This document shows positions 63,783 to 64,000 of a DNA stretch of 64,000 nt, in pieces. The stretch's first letter is position 1, and each line of letters starts with the position of its first letter. The notes beneath the pieces are model-generated. The model did no database searches, was not told the DNA's origin, and saw only the letters and a list, made by a program, of their open reading frames with translations. The stretch spans positions 1,116,001 through 1,180,000 of the forward strand of contig MU004183.1 of NCBI GenBank assembly GCA_010093605.1. The letters run 5' to 3'. A program made the position numbers and the translations under genes. Origin of the DNA: Lophium mytilinum (Eukaryota).

Positions 63783-64000
63783 TGTAAATAGGCAAAATAG
63801 CACAAAGACATTAGCTTAGGAAGCGCACCTTTAGTATCTATCCGGCTTTTACAGGTAAAGCTTAATCTAAATAGCTTACCTACTAATATATATACTAGGG
63901 GGACTAATATCTATACCCCTTTTTTTCTCTATATATACTCTATCTATTTCCGTTATCTATATATACATCTTATACCTAATCTTCTAATTACCTAGAATAG
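63783..64000. mobile_element. RIP-mutated repeat (possible LTR start), continues beyond the window
   Basis: Abrupt AT-rich shift starting TGTAAAT; no TpG on the + strand over 63785-64000 and a strong TpA excess. Confidence 0.6.

Overview
Gene-dense, intron-containing nuclear DNA of a filamentous ascomycete (Pezizomycotina; Dothideomycete-like is my inference). It has short GT-AG introns with CTRAC/CTAAT branch sites. About 28 protein genes can be supported. Most are housekeeping: importin-beta Kap121 3' end, GRASP/Grh1, TGS1, TAF1, histone H1, MSS4, RPT3, SWI1/Sol1, ADE12, CCT7, HRT3, an MTM1-like carrier, a DUF155 protein and VPS41. The rest include secreted or cell-wall genes (M14 carboxypeptidase, GPI-anchored PEBP, two divergent Ser/Thr-rich GPI proteins), a nitroreductase and several hypotheticals. 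The most striking unexplained feature is a ~135-nt structured RNA gene at ~21634-21771, between histone H1 and the carboxypeptidase. It has six consecutive hairpins, two cUUCGg tetraloops, a possible kissing loop and a T8 tail. It also has a U6/SNR6-like Pol III layout: upstream TATA-like element, intragenic A box, and B box downstream of the terminator. I do not recognise it as tRNA, 5S, a spliceosomal snRNA, SRP or RNase P/MRP. The window ends in a TpG-free, TpA-rich stretch typical of a RIP-mutated repeat. All identifications are by eye from motifs and no database searches were run. Multi-exon CDS coordinates span start to stop, including introns.
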